DNA of 64,000 nt from Chiloscyllium plagiosum (lineage: Eukaryota). The stretch spans positions 70,725,018 through 70,789,017 of the forward strand of contig NC_057711.1 in the NCBI RefSeq assembly GCF_004010195.1. The letters run 5' to 3'. The notes below the pieces were generated by a model, which worked only from the letters and a program-made list of their open reading frames with translations, searched no databases and was not told where the DNA came from. Positions 13,540-24,894 of the stretch are shown here, in pieces (the stretch's first letter is position 1; every line of letters starts with the position of its first letter). The position numbers and the translations under genes are program-made.

Positions 13540-14660
13540 CAGTAGCAGATGTGATAAAGATGAGAATCACAAGAAAATTGATGGGGTGGTAAATGGTAAA
13601 GATGATAGCCATAAATTGCAGGAGGAGGTCAGCAGGCTGGTCAGCTGGGTACAGCACGAGTAAATGGCACTCAACCTTAAAAGTGAGGGTTGTTATACTT
13701 GGGGAGAAGCAAGGGATTACATTGTGAATGGTAGGACCCTGGAAAATATTGAGAATCAGAGGGATCTTGCTGAGCACATCCACAGATCTCTGAAGGTAGC
13801 AAGGCAGATAGTTAAATTGGTAAAGAGGCCATATGGTATATGTTTATTTATTAGCAAAGGTCCAAAGTAGGAGAGCAAGTATGTTTTGCAGGAACTGTAT
13901 AAAATACTCTTTAGGTCATAACTGGAATACTGTGTGCAGTTGTGGTCATCACATTATTGAAAGAACGTGATTGAAACAGGGAGGATTCTTCCTGAGTTGA
14001 AGGGTTTGAGTTTAGATTAGATTAGATTAGAGTCCCTACAGTGTGGAAACAGACCCTTCGGCCCAACAAGTCCACACCAACCCTCCGAAGAGCAACCCAT
14101 CCAGATCCATTCCCGTATATTTACCCCTGACTAATCCACCTAACACTATGGGTAATTTAGCATGGCCAATTCACCTAATCTGCACATCTTTGGACTGTGG
14201 GAGGAAACCACGAAGACATAGGGAGAACATGCAAACTCCAGACAGACAGTTGGCTGAGGCAGGAATTGAACCCGGGTCCCTGGTGCTGTGAGGCAGCAGT
14301 GCTAACCACTGACCCACCGTGCCACCCTATTCTGAAGATAGATTCGGTAAGTTGGGGTTGTCCTTAGAAGTGAAGATTGGGAGTGGGCCTGAGTTAGATG
14401 TGCAAAATCATTTGGGGCCATATTCATGTGGCTAGGAAGATACTTCCTTTTACATTTAATAGATGGGTCAATAGCAGGTGGCATAGATTAAAGATAAGAG
14501 GAGAGTTGAGAATTTTGTTGACTAAGGGTGATGAGAGCCTGAAACTCATTGCTTGAAAGCGTAGTTGAGACAGAAATGGGACATGATTCTGGATCTCTTT
14601 GGCTCAGAAGCAGATGTGCTACATTTTGAGCCAATGGACATCCATATCTGTCAAGGATAG
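13540..14660 (+). mobile_element. Decayed CR1 LINE RT/3' fragment, split by the SINE at 14012-14327
   Basis: YIVNGRTLENIENQRDL..HIHRSLKVARQ and LEYCVQLWS motifs. The sequence resumes after the SINE. Confidence 0.8.
14012..14327 (-). mobile_element. HE1-type V-SINE (tRNA head, V domain, CR1/HER1-derived tail)
   Basis: The minus strand begins GGGTGGCACGGTGGGTCAGTGGTTAGCACTGCTGCCTCACAGC with B-box GGTTCAATTCC, has the V-domain GGAGTTTGCATGTTCTCCC, and ends in (TCTAA)n. Confidence 0.92.
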
Positions 14661-16342
14661 TTGACTAAACCTACATTCAGGAAAGTTGCAGCATGTATCA
14701 GTGAAAGCAAACTGATTAATCACGCAAGTTGAGTGTGTGAAAGAATTTCTGTAGGAATGTTTTTGAGAGAGTATGGTACTCATATTGTGAGGAACCTTTT
14801 GGGTTTGCGAACTCAATATTAAGTACTTACTTAAAAAAAATAAGTTTAGGATATCTTTCTGTTGGGACCAATGAGGAGCAGAACCCAAATTGATGTTATT
14901 AGGAAGAGGAATGATCATTTTATTACTTTGCAGGTCATTGGAGATGAACTTGGACTAGGAATGAAAATGATTCAGCGTTTTCAAATTTGTGCGTATAAAA
15001 CATGCATAATGTGTGCATTTAATTTACAAGAATGGAATGCTAACACACTCTTGTTATCTAAGGAGGAAGGAGCAGCAGCAACAACAAAGAAAATAACTCC
15101 ACTTGATGAGTTGGTAACTGCAATGTCCATGTTATGGTGAGTTGTACAGATCAAAGTGTTCAGATTTGTCCTTCCCTAAGCATTGAACTACCAAAGTCAA
15201 TTTGGTTGCATTGCCCTCAAGGCTGCAGCAAGATCAGTGACCCTGCTCCAGATCCTGAACTGCCTTGTGATTTGTGGATTTCAGGCAAGGACAAAAGAAA
15301 AAGGTTTTCCCGGGTCAAATAAAAGGCCATTGTATATTTTATATTGTGTAATCTGGATATGAAAAGATCATCAGGCAAATACATGCTTATCTCACATCTT
15401 ATTGACACATTTGACATATATGAAGGAATCCTCACCACTGTCAACATAGTTTATGTTGTGGTTATGCCACTTGGAACTATCTGTGATCCACTGTCAGCAA
15501 GCCTTATTATTGGTATTCACCTAAGTTACAGATACCAATTAGGGAAGGTTGGCCACATCAAGTCCTCAGAAGTGAGAGTCAGGCTTGATAAATAGAATAG
15601 GCATAATACAGAGTAATTAATACCTAATTTCATTTTATCCAAGTTAAATTAGAATCTTTACTAAGACCGTAGGCTAAAAGCAAGTATTTATTACCTTTCG
15701 CTGCTTAACACTGAGTACTGCAGAATAGTACTTGCAAAGCCTCTTGGAACCCTGGTTAATTTCTCCTTAATATAATCCTTTATATCCTGCGGAGTGGAGC
15801 TTATCTTGTGATGTCAGTTAACCCTTTTAGGTACTAATTGTCTTAAATGACAGAATCATTCCTATCTCCCAATCGTTTCTTGCCATGAAGGAGTGGCAGT
15901 GAAGTAGAGACTTGCATCCGGGTAGAAAACAGTTGAGAAAATACACCGCCCTCCTCCTCCCCCCACATCCATCAAGATCCTAAACTTGGCTATTACTCAA
16001 AATTTCAGTTTCCCACTTAAGTAATATACATAACGTGCTGTGTATATTGTAGTCTGTCAATATAATTCCTGAACAGGAAAGCAATAAAAAATTAATGCTG
16101 AACTGTTCTTTGGCAGAATGCTTTTGCATATATAGTGCTTGTTGTCACCAAAAAGAATAACTATTACAAGGTAGGCTCAAATTATGATTTTGACAATACC
16201 AAGTTAAAATCCTGAGCATGTGAAAAACACTATATAAATCCAAGTTCTTTTCCATGAAATTGATGAATGAACCCATACCCTGCACACTGGAATACATTGC
16301 ACTGAAGCTGAAATGCACAATGGTGCTTTTATTTTGTGATTT

Positions 16343-16528
16343 GGAGATGCTGGTGTTGGACTGGGGTGTACAAAGTTTAAAAATCACACAACACCAGGTT
16401 ATAGTCCAACAGGTGTTTGTGGTCTTATGGTATTATGCTCCACCTGATGAAGGAGCAGCGGTCCGAAAGCTAGTGCTTCCAAATAAACCTGTTGGACTTT
16501 AACCTGGTATGGTGTAATTTTTAACTTT
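16343..16528. mobile_element. Small inverted Penelope-derived element with hammerhead motif
   Basis: Arms 16372-16414 and 16487-16528 are inverted repeats. CAC-CTGATGA-AGGAGCAGCGGTCC-GAAA-GCTA-GTG lies at 16441-16475. Confidence 0.75.
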
Positions 16529-17716
16529 TTTTGTTATAGGCTATTCTTTTAGTTTCTAATCTGCCATTGATTGACAGCTGAGGCAACACAAGCTCATTCT
16601 GAACGGTTTGGTGTTTGTTGTGCAGTACACAGCACTATCGAGGTTAGCTTCGGGCTTGCAACCAAAAACTACAGAACAATAAATCAGAATTGTATTAACC
16701 TTTCCATTTTAATTTTTGTACTGAAGCTATTAGTAAAATTTTCAGTGTCCTATTTAGATTTATAATATTTGTCTTTGCAGGAGCCAAGCCAATCATTTCA
16801 TTTAATTGTTGTTGGTTTTTCCCCTTCTAATTGCTTTACCCTGAGAATATACTGCACAATTTTAGACTAAGCATGTTGAATTAATGATGATCACTATATT
16901 GCACCAGAACTATGTAGAAGAAATTGTAGTCTTGAATAGTTTTTTTCCTATCTTTAAACGAATCAAGTACAAGTAGGGTGGAGCCCTAAGAGTTATTCAT
17001 TAATGTAGAATGCTGTAAAATATTTCCTTCATTTTAAGAGTTATCATTTGATATAAAATGATCCAGCGAAAGTTTGAAATGAACTGAATCAATTCTGCAG
17101 ATGGTAATGCACCAGAAATGTAGTTTCACCATTACTTTGTTCCATCTTTTATATTTTAATTTTAATAAAAGTCATCCATGGATTCAGGTGACAAAACTTA
17201 AATGAGCCTGTAAATTTGTGATTTATTGTTCTCAACTAATTTCTCGCCCTGGTGCTGAACCTGACTCATTGGCAGGGCTTTCCTTTTTTGGTTTCTCTTT
17301 GCAAGTGTACATTCCAGGCTCTAGCCATTGGAAAATATGGCATGATCAGGGCAACTTTCAAAGTAGACTTTCCTCTATCATACAGGTAGATACTAGCCTT
17401 TCACTTCTGGTCAAATGGCTGAGATTCTCATTTCAAGTTGCAACATGTTTTGCCAAGTATGCAACTTGTTGAGACTAGCATATTAATCTTTACTAATGGT
17501 TCTTTGGTGTACTTATTTTTGAGATATTGACCATGTCCAATTTTCATTGAGCACAAGATTACAAATTACATAAAGTACATGTTAAAATTCTGTTCAAAGT
17601 AAAAGTTTGTCTATAGAGATAAAGCAAGAGATTCAGAACTCATTAAGCAATCGTTGTTCTGCAGGTTTCGAAAGCAAACACATTTTCTGTATTACCAATA
17701 ACTGATCAGAGACCGT

Positions 17717-18250
17717 AGAGTCATAGAGTCTTACAGCACAGAGACAGTCCCTTTGGCCCAGACTGATCCATGCTGACCAAAATGTCCATCCATGCTAACC
17801 CCATTTCCCTACACTTAGCCCATAATCCTTCTAAACCTTTCCTATCCACGTATTTGTCCAAATGCCTTTTAGATGTTGTCAATGTACCCGCCTCAATCAC
17901 TTCCTTTGGCAGTTCATTCCATTTGGGTACCACCCTCTATGTAAAAAAAAAGATGCCCCTCAGCTTCTCTTTTATTCTTTCCTCAAAAGCTTTAAACTGA
18001 TGCCCTCTAGTCCACAATTCCCCAACCCTGGGAGAAAGACTGAGTGCATTCACCCTATTTATGCTTCTCATGCTCTCATATACTTCTATAAGATTCACCC
18101 CCTCAGTCTCCTACACTCGAAAGAAAATATTCATAACTTGTCCAACCTCTCCCTAAAACTCAGACCATTGAGTCCTGGCAATATCTTTGTAAATTTCTTC
18201 TGTACTTTTTCCAGTTTAGTAACATCCTTCCTATAGCAAGGTATACCAAA
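17717..18250 (-). mobile_element. CR1 (HER1-like) LINE 3' end
   Basis: ORF 17721..17933 WNELPKEVIEAGTLTTSKRHLDKYVDRKG is the CR1 ORF2 C-terminus. The tail is similar to the HE1 SINE tail. Confidence 0.9.
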
Positions 18251-20613
18251 CTACAATCCTGTAGTTACAGAGTATAATTTTAACTGGCAGCAAGTTCCAG
18301 CAGGTAGGTAACAGAAAGAGTCCAAACTGAGATTTCATATCCAGTGGCAACTATGGGCTTTCATTTTGGTGATTGTTTTCCTCACCAGATTATGTTTTCT
18401 GTACTTTCTTGTGATATCTGAAATGTTTCCAGAATGTTATTTACAATAGGAACACAACTCTTAAAGGAACTGATTCACATGCCAGAATTGTCTTTACCTG
18501 CAACAAAGCGTGATTTGAGTTAGAAGAAAGCCCCCAGGTTCTTCCCCAGTGGACTGGATGGAAAAGGGATGTGAGGATTAACATGGACATATACCAACTT
18601 CAGGATCATCATCTCCAATACCTAGTTTCGATAACTTAACATGATCAATAGATCATCAATCTCGATTTATCAACCTTTCAAAACAAAGTCTAGAAACAGC
18701 CTGCCTCCTTGCTTTCCCAGCACTTGCAACAATCCCCCAACCTCCTTCAGTATATATTCAATACACATCACAACAGCAATCTATACAACCTCACATTCTC
18801 CATTCAAAGACATTTTGAACTCTAAAAGGATTGTAACCCTTGCTGTACCTTCCTCCATTCCATGGGATGCAACTGTTTGTATTCATACGGTCTTGCCACC
18901 TCCTTGCCTTTAATGCTTCTTATCATATTACTCCTCAGCTTCATTCCTCTCTCTAATTTCCTTCTTTGCTAATAATTAACCGTACTTCTCTGAACTCCAT
19001 CAATTCACTCTCCGCCTTGCAGTTCATCTGTAGACTCGGCTAAATATTGATTCCCTATGTAGATGCTATAAACTTGACTAGTATGTCACTATAAATTATA
19101 CATCCACATGCTCTTATATTTTGAGTGAAAAAATATTGACAGCAAAGTTAAAAATTTGTGAACTTTTTGTCCTGTAATTATATATTTCCCCAAATAGTGG
19201 CGCTGTGGTACCACACCTCAAGGGAGATTGAATTTTCAGGTCCTGCTGGAGTGGGCATGAAGTAGGGTAATGGGCACAGAATTTCATGCCACTGGCCAGC
19301 ATGTTGATTCCATGGTTTCATCCTCATTAACAGTGTTGGGCTTTTGAGATTATAAAAGATAGGAAATTATTGTAATAGTCCTGTTGAACCTCCGGCTTCA
19401 AGTGCCCACCTGTCTTCCTGTGTTGGATGGTAAGTCTGCCCACTGGCCAGTGATTAGCTAACTTTGGGGAAAATCTCAAGTGAGTGACTGTTTTACTCGA
19501 ACAGTATGGACTTCTGACCTCTGTTTAAGCCTGAGGCTCTCAGGAAAGTTACAGTTATAGAGAGATGACAAATATATCAATGTTTATAATAAAAATCAAG
19601 GATATAGGAATTTAAAATAGAAGATAATAAATGAAAATATAGCATCTTCAGTTTAGGACTGAATTAACCCTTTGTCCAATCATCTCGCAACTGCTATTCT
19701 GCTTCATGTGAATAATACCACTCCTCAATATCCTCCATATATTATTTCACTCCAAACTCTTTGGTGGGTGTTGTAATGTGATGTACACGTACTTTTCAAG
19801 GGGTGTATCTTAAACCGATATCCATCACTATAAGACAGGCTATGTAGATAGGCCACAGCAGCAGTTTATGTAAAATCTTTATTTTTAAAGAACTCATTTT
19901 TCTTGTAACATTTCTTGTTACATGACTGGAACGCTTATGATAAATCGAAGAATACAGAGTGGGAACCTGACTGGATCAGGTTAAGTAGCTGATGTTACGT
20001 AATCAGTTTCCTGTCGGCCAATTAGATTAAATTGAGCCACTTGGTCTTAACTCATTATTTGTAGTCATTGGAGATTGATGAAAATCCAATTCCATCCTTA
20101 ATCCATCATAATTTTAGCATTGTTCTAATTCTAATTACTTTGTAAAACAATGAAATTTTACACATTCTATCCCTGAGCCAGCGTAATTTAGAGAGACACA
20201 TGCGTTGGCATGGTAATTAAGCTGATGTTCTGGGGACCCTGATCAAATCCCACCATAGCAAATGGTAAAATGTGATTTTACAAAATTATGATCAATTATT
20301 TTAAAATGCCATCTGGTTCACTCGTCCCACAGGGAAGGAAATCTGCTGTCTTTACTTGGTCTGGCCGACATGTGACTCCAGAACCTCTGCAATGTGATTG
20401 CCACTGCTCTCCAAAATGGCCAAGAAGCCAGTCAGTTATGCCGCTAAAAGGTCTCAGAAAAAGGACGGAAACCAGATGGACCACCTGGCATCAATCTGGT
20501 CATCAATAACAACAAAGGCAAACAAAGCCATTACTGGGTCAATGGAAAGATTCTTGGTAGTGTGGATGTGCAGAGGGAACCTTGGAGTCCATGTACATAG
20601 ATCCCTGAAAGTT

Positions 20614-21263
20614 CAAAGTTTGTGAGAAGATTTGTAGCTCGGGTACTCGTTGTTGAGGTTCTGTTCGCCAAGCTGGGAATTTGTGTTGCAGATGTTTCGT
20701 CCCCTGTCTAGGTGACATCCTCAGTGCTTGGGAGCCTCCTGTGAAGCGCTTCTGTGATGTTTCCTCCGGCATTTATAGTGGTTTGTCTTTACCACTTCCG
20801 GTTGTCAGTTCCAGCTGTCCGCTGCAGTGGCCGGTATATTGGGTCCAGGTCGATGTGCTTATTGATTGAATCTGTGGATGAGTGCCATGCCTCTAGGAAT
20901 TCCCTGGCTGGTCTCTGATTGGCTTGTCCTATAATATAGTGTTGTCCCAGTTGAACTCATGTTGCTTGTCATCTGCGTGTGTGGCTACTAAGGATAGCTG
21001 GTCATGCCGTTTCGTGGCTAGCTGGTGTTCATTGATGCGGATCATTAGCTGTCTTCCTGTTTGTCCTATATAGTGTTTTGTGCAGTCCTTGCATGGGATT
21101 TTGTACACTACATTGGTTTTGCTCATGCTGGGTATCGAGTCCTTCGTCCTGGTGAGTTCTTGTCTGAGAATGGCTGTTGGTTTGTGTGCTGTTATGAGTC
21201 CTAGTGGTCGCAGTAGTCTGGCTGTCAGTTCGAAAATGCTCTTGATGTATGGTAGTGTGGCTA
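20614..21263 (-). mobile_element. Penelope-like (Poseidon-type) retroelement, left arm: GIY-YIG endonuclease and pLTR
   Basis: ATLPYIKS...NVVYKIPCKDCTKHYIGQTGRQLMIRINEH is a Penelope GIY-YIG domain. Hammerhead motif at 20688-20727. Confidence 0.93.
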
Positions 21264-21293
21264 NNNNNNNNNNNNNNNNNNNNNNNNNNNNNN

Positions 21294-21850
21294 CCACTAG
21301 GACTCATAACAGCACACAAACCAACAGCCACTCTCAGACAACAACTCACTAGGACGAAGGACCCGATACCCAGCATGAGCAAAACCAATGTAGTGTACAA
21401 AATCCCATGCAAGGACTGCACAAAACACTCCATAGGACAAACAGGAAGACAGCTAATGATCCGTATTCATGAACACCAACTAGCCACGAAACGACACGAC
21501 CAGCTATCCTTAGTAGCCACACACGCAGATGACAAACAATATGAATTCGACTGGGACAACACTACTATTATAGGACAAGCCAATCAGAGACCAGCCAGGG
21601 AATTCCTAGAGGCATGGCACTCATCCACAGATTCAATCAATAAGCACATCGACCTGGACCTAATATACCGGCCACTGCAGCGGACAGCTGGAACTGACAA
21701 CTGGAAGCAGCAGAGACAAGCCACTATAAATGCCGGAGGAAACATCACAGAAGCGCTTCACAGGAGACTACCAAGCACTGAGGATGTCACTTAGACAGGG
21801 GATGAAACATCTGCAACACAAATTCCCAGCTCGGCGAACAGAACCACAAC
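21294..21850 (+). mobile_element. Penelope-like retroelement, right (inverted) arm
   Basis: ORF 21249..21794 has the same GIY-YIG domain (VVYKIPCKDC...REFLEAWHS..SINKH). Hammerhead motif at 21775-21814. TSD ATCCCTGAAAGTT at 20601-20613 and 21851-21863. Confidence 0.93.
21775..21814 (+). ncRNA. Minimal type I hammerhead ribozyme motif (pLTR)
   Basis: GCA-CTGAGGA-T-GTCACTT/AGAC/AGGGGAT-GAAAC-ATC-TGC, with stem I GCA/TGC. A mirrored copy lies on the minus strand at 20688-20727. Confidence 0.7.
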
Positions 21851-23587
21851 ATCCCTGAAAGTTGCCACCCAGGTGGATAGTGCCGTTAAGAAGGCATATG
21901 GTGTATTAAGTTTCATTGGTAGAGGGATTGAGTTCCGGAGGCGCAATATCATGCTGCAACTATACAAAACGCTAATGTGGCTACACTTGGAATATTGTGT
22001 ACAGTTCTGGTCCCCATATTTTGGGAAAGATGTGGAAGCATAGGAAAAGGTGCAGAGGAGATTTACCAGGATGTTGCCTGGTCAGGAGGGAAGATCTTAT
22101 GAGGAAAGGCTGAGACTTGGCTCTGTTCTCATTGGAAAGAAGAAGGCTAAGAGGGGAATTTGATAGAGACATACAAGATGACCAGAGGATTAGATAGAGT
22201 CGACTGTGAAAGTCTTTTTCCTAGGATGATGACGTCAGCTTGTACAAGGGGGCATAACTACAAATTGAGGGGACATAGATTTAAGACAGATGTCAGAGGC
22301 AGGTTGTTTATGCAGAGAGTGGTAAGAACATGGAATGCCCGACCTGCTAATATAGTCAACTCAGCCACATTAAGGGGATTTAAACAATCCTTAGATAATC
22401 ACATGGATGGTTTTGGGATAATGTAGGGGGAACGAACTGAGAATAGTTCACAGGACGGCGCAACATTGAGGGCTGAAGGGCCTGTTCTGCACTGTATTGT
22501 TTAAAAAAAAAACAAAAAAAAAGCCCCCATTAACCCTGCAAAGTCCTATTAACATCTGGGAGCCAAATTTGAAAGGGCTGTCTCTCAGACTAGTCAACCA
22601 ATATGCTGACACAGTCATACTTATGGAAGCTTAACTTGCGCAGTATACCAGAGAGCACCAGCACCTGCCCTGGATATGTCCTGACCCACACCGGGATACA
22701 CACAGCAAAAGTAATGATACAGTGGTGTATTGTCAAGAGGCAGTTGCCCTGGGAATCCTTAGTGTTGACTCCAAGCCCCATGAGGTTTCATGCCGTCAGG
22801 TCAGAAATAGGCAAAATTTCATGTGCTGCCCTACCCCCCAAAAAACTCTTAACTGATGAGTTAGCGCTCCTGCATGTGGAACCACACTTGGAGGAAGTGC
22901 TGAGAGTGGCAAGGATGCGGAATGTTCTCTGGACTGGAGATAACAATGTCCATTACCAAGAAAGGCTCAGCACCACCATTACTGACTGAGCTGGACAAAT
23001 CCTAAAGGACAAGCTACAAGATTGGGTTATAAAGAACCAACAAGATAGAAAAACATACTTTGCCCTTAAGAGTATTAGTGCAATTGATCATCACATCACC
23101 ACATAGGCCTTGTGGAGACAATATCCTGTTTTCACATTTGAGGAAACTTGCCATTGTATTGTGTGGCACTACCATAGTGATAAATTGTATACACCAAACA
23201 GATTTAGCAACTCAAGACTGGACATCCATAAGGCCAGCAGTGACAGAGTTGTACTCAATTTGCATCCCCACGACCCAAGAGATCCCTACTCTCCCCTTAC
23301 ATTCAAGCCTAGGTATCAACCTTGTGTTATCAATTCAGGAGCAGCATCGGGCAGACTGCATAATGAAGTGTGAACCTGACGAGACAGCAACACAGGACTG
23401 CATCCATGCCAAATAGCACAAGAACACAAGCAAGAAGCATTATAAACAGCTATGTGATTCAACAATAAAAGGCTTGGATCCATGCCCTGCAGTCCTGCCC
23501 CATCCAGTTATGAACGGTGGTGAACAACTATACCGCTTACTGGAGGAGGAGGCTCCACAAGTATGCACTGTCTCAATGATGCAGGGA

Positions 23588-24894
23588 TCCTCCTCTTCCT
23601 CCTCTTCTTCCTCCTCTTCTTCCTCCTCTTCTTCCTCCTCTTCTTCCTCCTCTTCTTCCTCCTCTTCTTCCTCCTCTTCCTCCTCCTCTTCTTCCTCCTC
23701 TTCTTCCTCCTCTTCTTCCTCCTCTTCTTCCTCCTCTTCTTCCTCCTCTTCTTCCTCCTCTTCTTCCTCCTCTTCTTCCTCCTCTTCTTCCTCCTCTTCT
23801 TCCTCCTCTTCTTCCTCCTCTTCTTCCTCCTCTTCTTCCTCCTCTTCTTCCTCCTCTTCTTCCTCCTCTTCTTCCTCCTCTTCTTCCTCCTCTTCTTCCT
23901 CCTCTTCTTCCTCCTCTTCTTCCTCCTCTTCTTCCTCCTCTTCTTCCTCCTCTTCTTCCTCCTCTTCTTCCTCCTCTTCTTCCTCCTCTTCTTCCTCCTC
24001 TTCTTCCTCCTCTTCTTCCTCCTCTTCTTCCTCCTCTTCTTCCTCCTCTTCTTCCTCCTCTTCTTCCTCCTCTTCTTCCTCCTCTTCTTCCTCCTCTTCT
24101 TCCTCCTCTTCTTCCTCCTCTTCTTCCTCCTCTTCTTCCTCCTCTTCTTCCTCCTCTTCTTCCTCCTCTTCTTCCTCCTCTTCTTCCTCCTCTTCTTCCT
24201 CCTCTTCTTCCTCCTCTTCTTCCTCCTCTTCTTCCTCCTCTTCTTCCTCCTCTTCTTCCTCCTCTTCTTCCTCCTCTTCTTCCTCCTCTTCTTCCTCCTC
24301 TTCTTCCTCCTCTTCTTCCTCCTCTTCTTCCTCCTCTTCTTCCTCCTCTTCTTCCTCCTCTTCTTCCTCCTCTTCTTCCTCCTCTTCTTCCTCCTCTTCT
24401 TCCTCCTCTTCTTCCTCCTCTTCTTCCTCCTCTTCTTCCTCCTCTTCTTCCTCCTCTTCTTCCTCCTCTTCTTCCTCCTCTTCTTCCTCCTCTTCTTCCT
24501 CCTCTTCTTCCTCCTCTTCTTCCTCCTCTTCTTCCTCCTCTTCTTCCTCCTCTTCTTCCTCCTCTTCTTCCTCCTCTTCTTCCTCCTCTTCTTCCTCCTC
24601 TTCTTCCTCCTCTTCTTCCTCCTCTTCTTCCTCCTCTTCTTCCTCCTCTTCTTCCTCCTCTTCTTCCTCCTCTTCTTCCTCCTCTTCTTCCTCCTCTTCT
24701 TCCTCCTCTTCTTCCTCCTCTTCTTCCTCCTCTTCTTCCTCCTCTTCTTCCTCCTCTTCTTCCTCCTCTTCTTCCTCCTCTTCTTCCTCCTCTCCTCCTC
24801 CTTCTCCTCCTTCTCCTCCTCCTCCTCCTCCACCACCACTTCCTCCTCCACCACCACCACCACTTCCTCCTCCTCCACCACCACCACTTCCTCC
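23588..24894. repeat. (TCTTCTTCCTCC)n array, ~100 units, with a degenerate (TCC)/(CCA) flank
   Basis: Near-perfect 12-mer array 23588-24792, then mixed TCC/CCA triplets to 24894. Confidence 0.97.

Larger units (their letters stand above)
20531..22502 (+). mobile_element. 5'-truncated CR1 LINE nested in LINE A and interrupted by Penelope
   Basis: RGNLGVHVHRSLKV (20570-20613) continues after 21863. ORF 22160..22426 IETYKMTRGLDRVD...WNARP. 3' tail GGGCCTGTTCTGCACTGTATTGTT. Confidence 0.9.

Noticed and set aside
15695..15804. Minus-strand open segment ISSTPQDIKDYIKEKLTRVPRGFASTILQYSVLSSE, and a 59-nt minus-strand exon-like segment at 26469-26527
   Set aside because: Weak acceptors, no recognisable protein and no consistent exon chain.
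21249..21794. Domesticated GIY-YIG nuclease gene
   Set aside because: Part of a TSD-flanked truncated Penelope insertion. The right arm has YIG changed to SIG and the left arm is frameshifted near its end.
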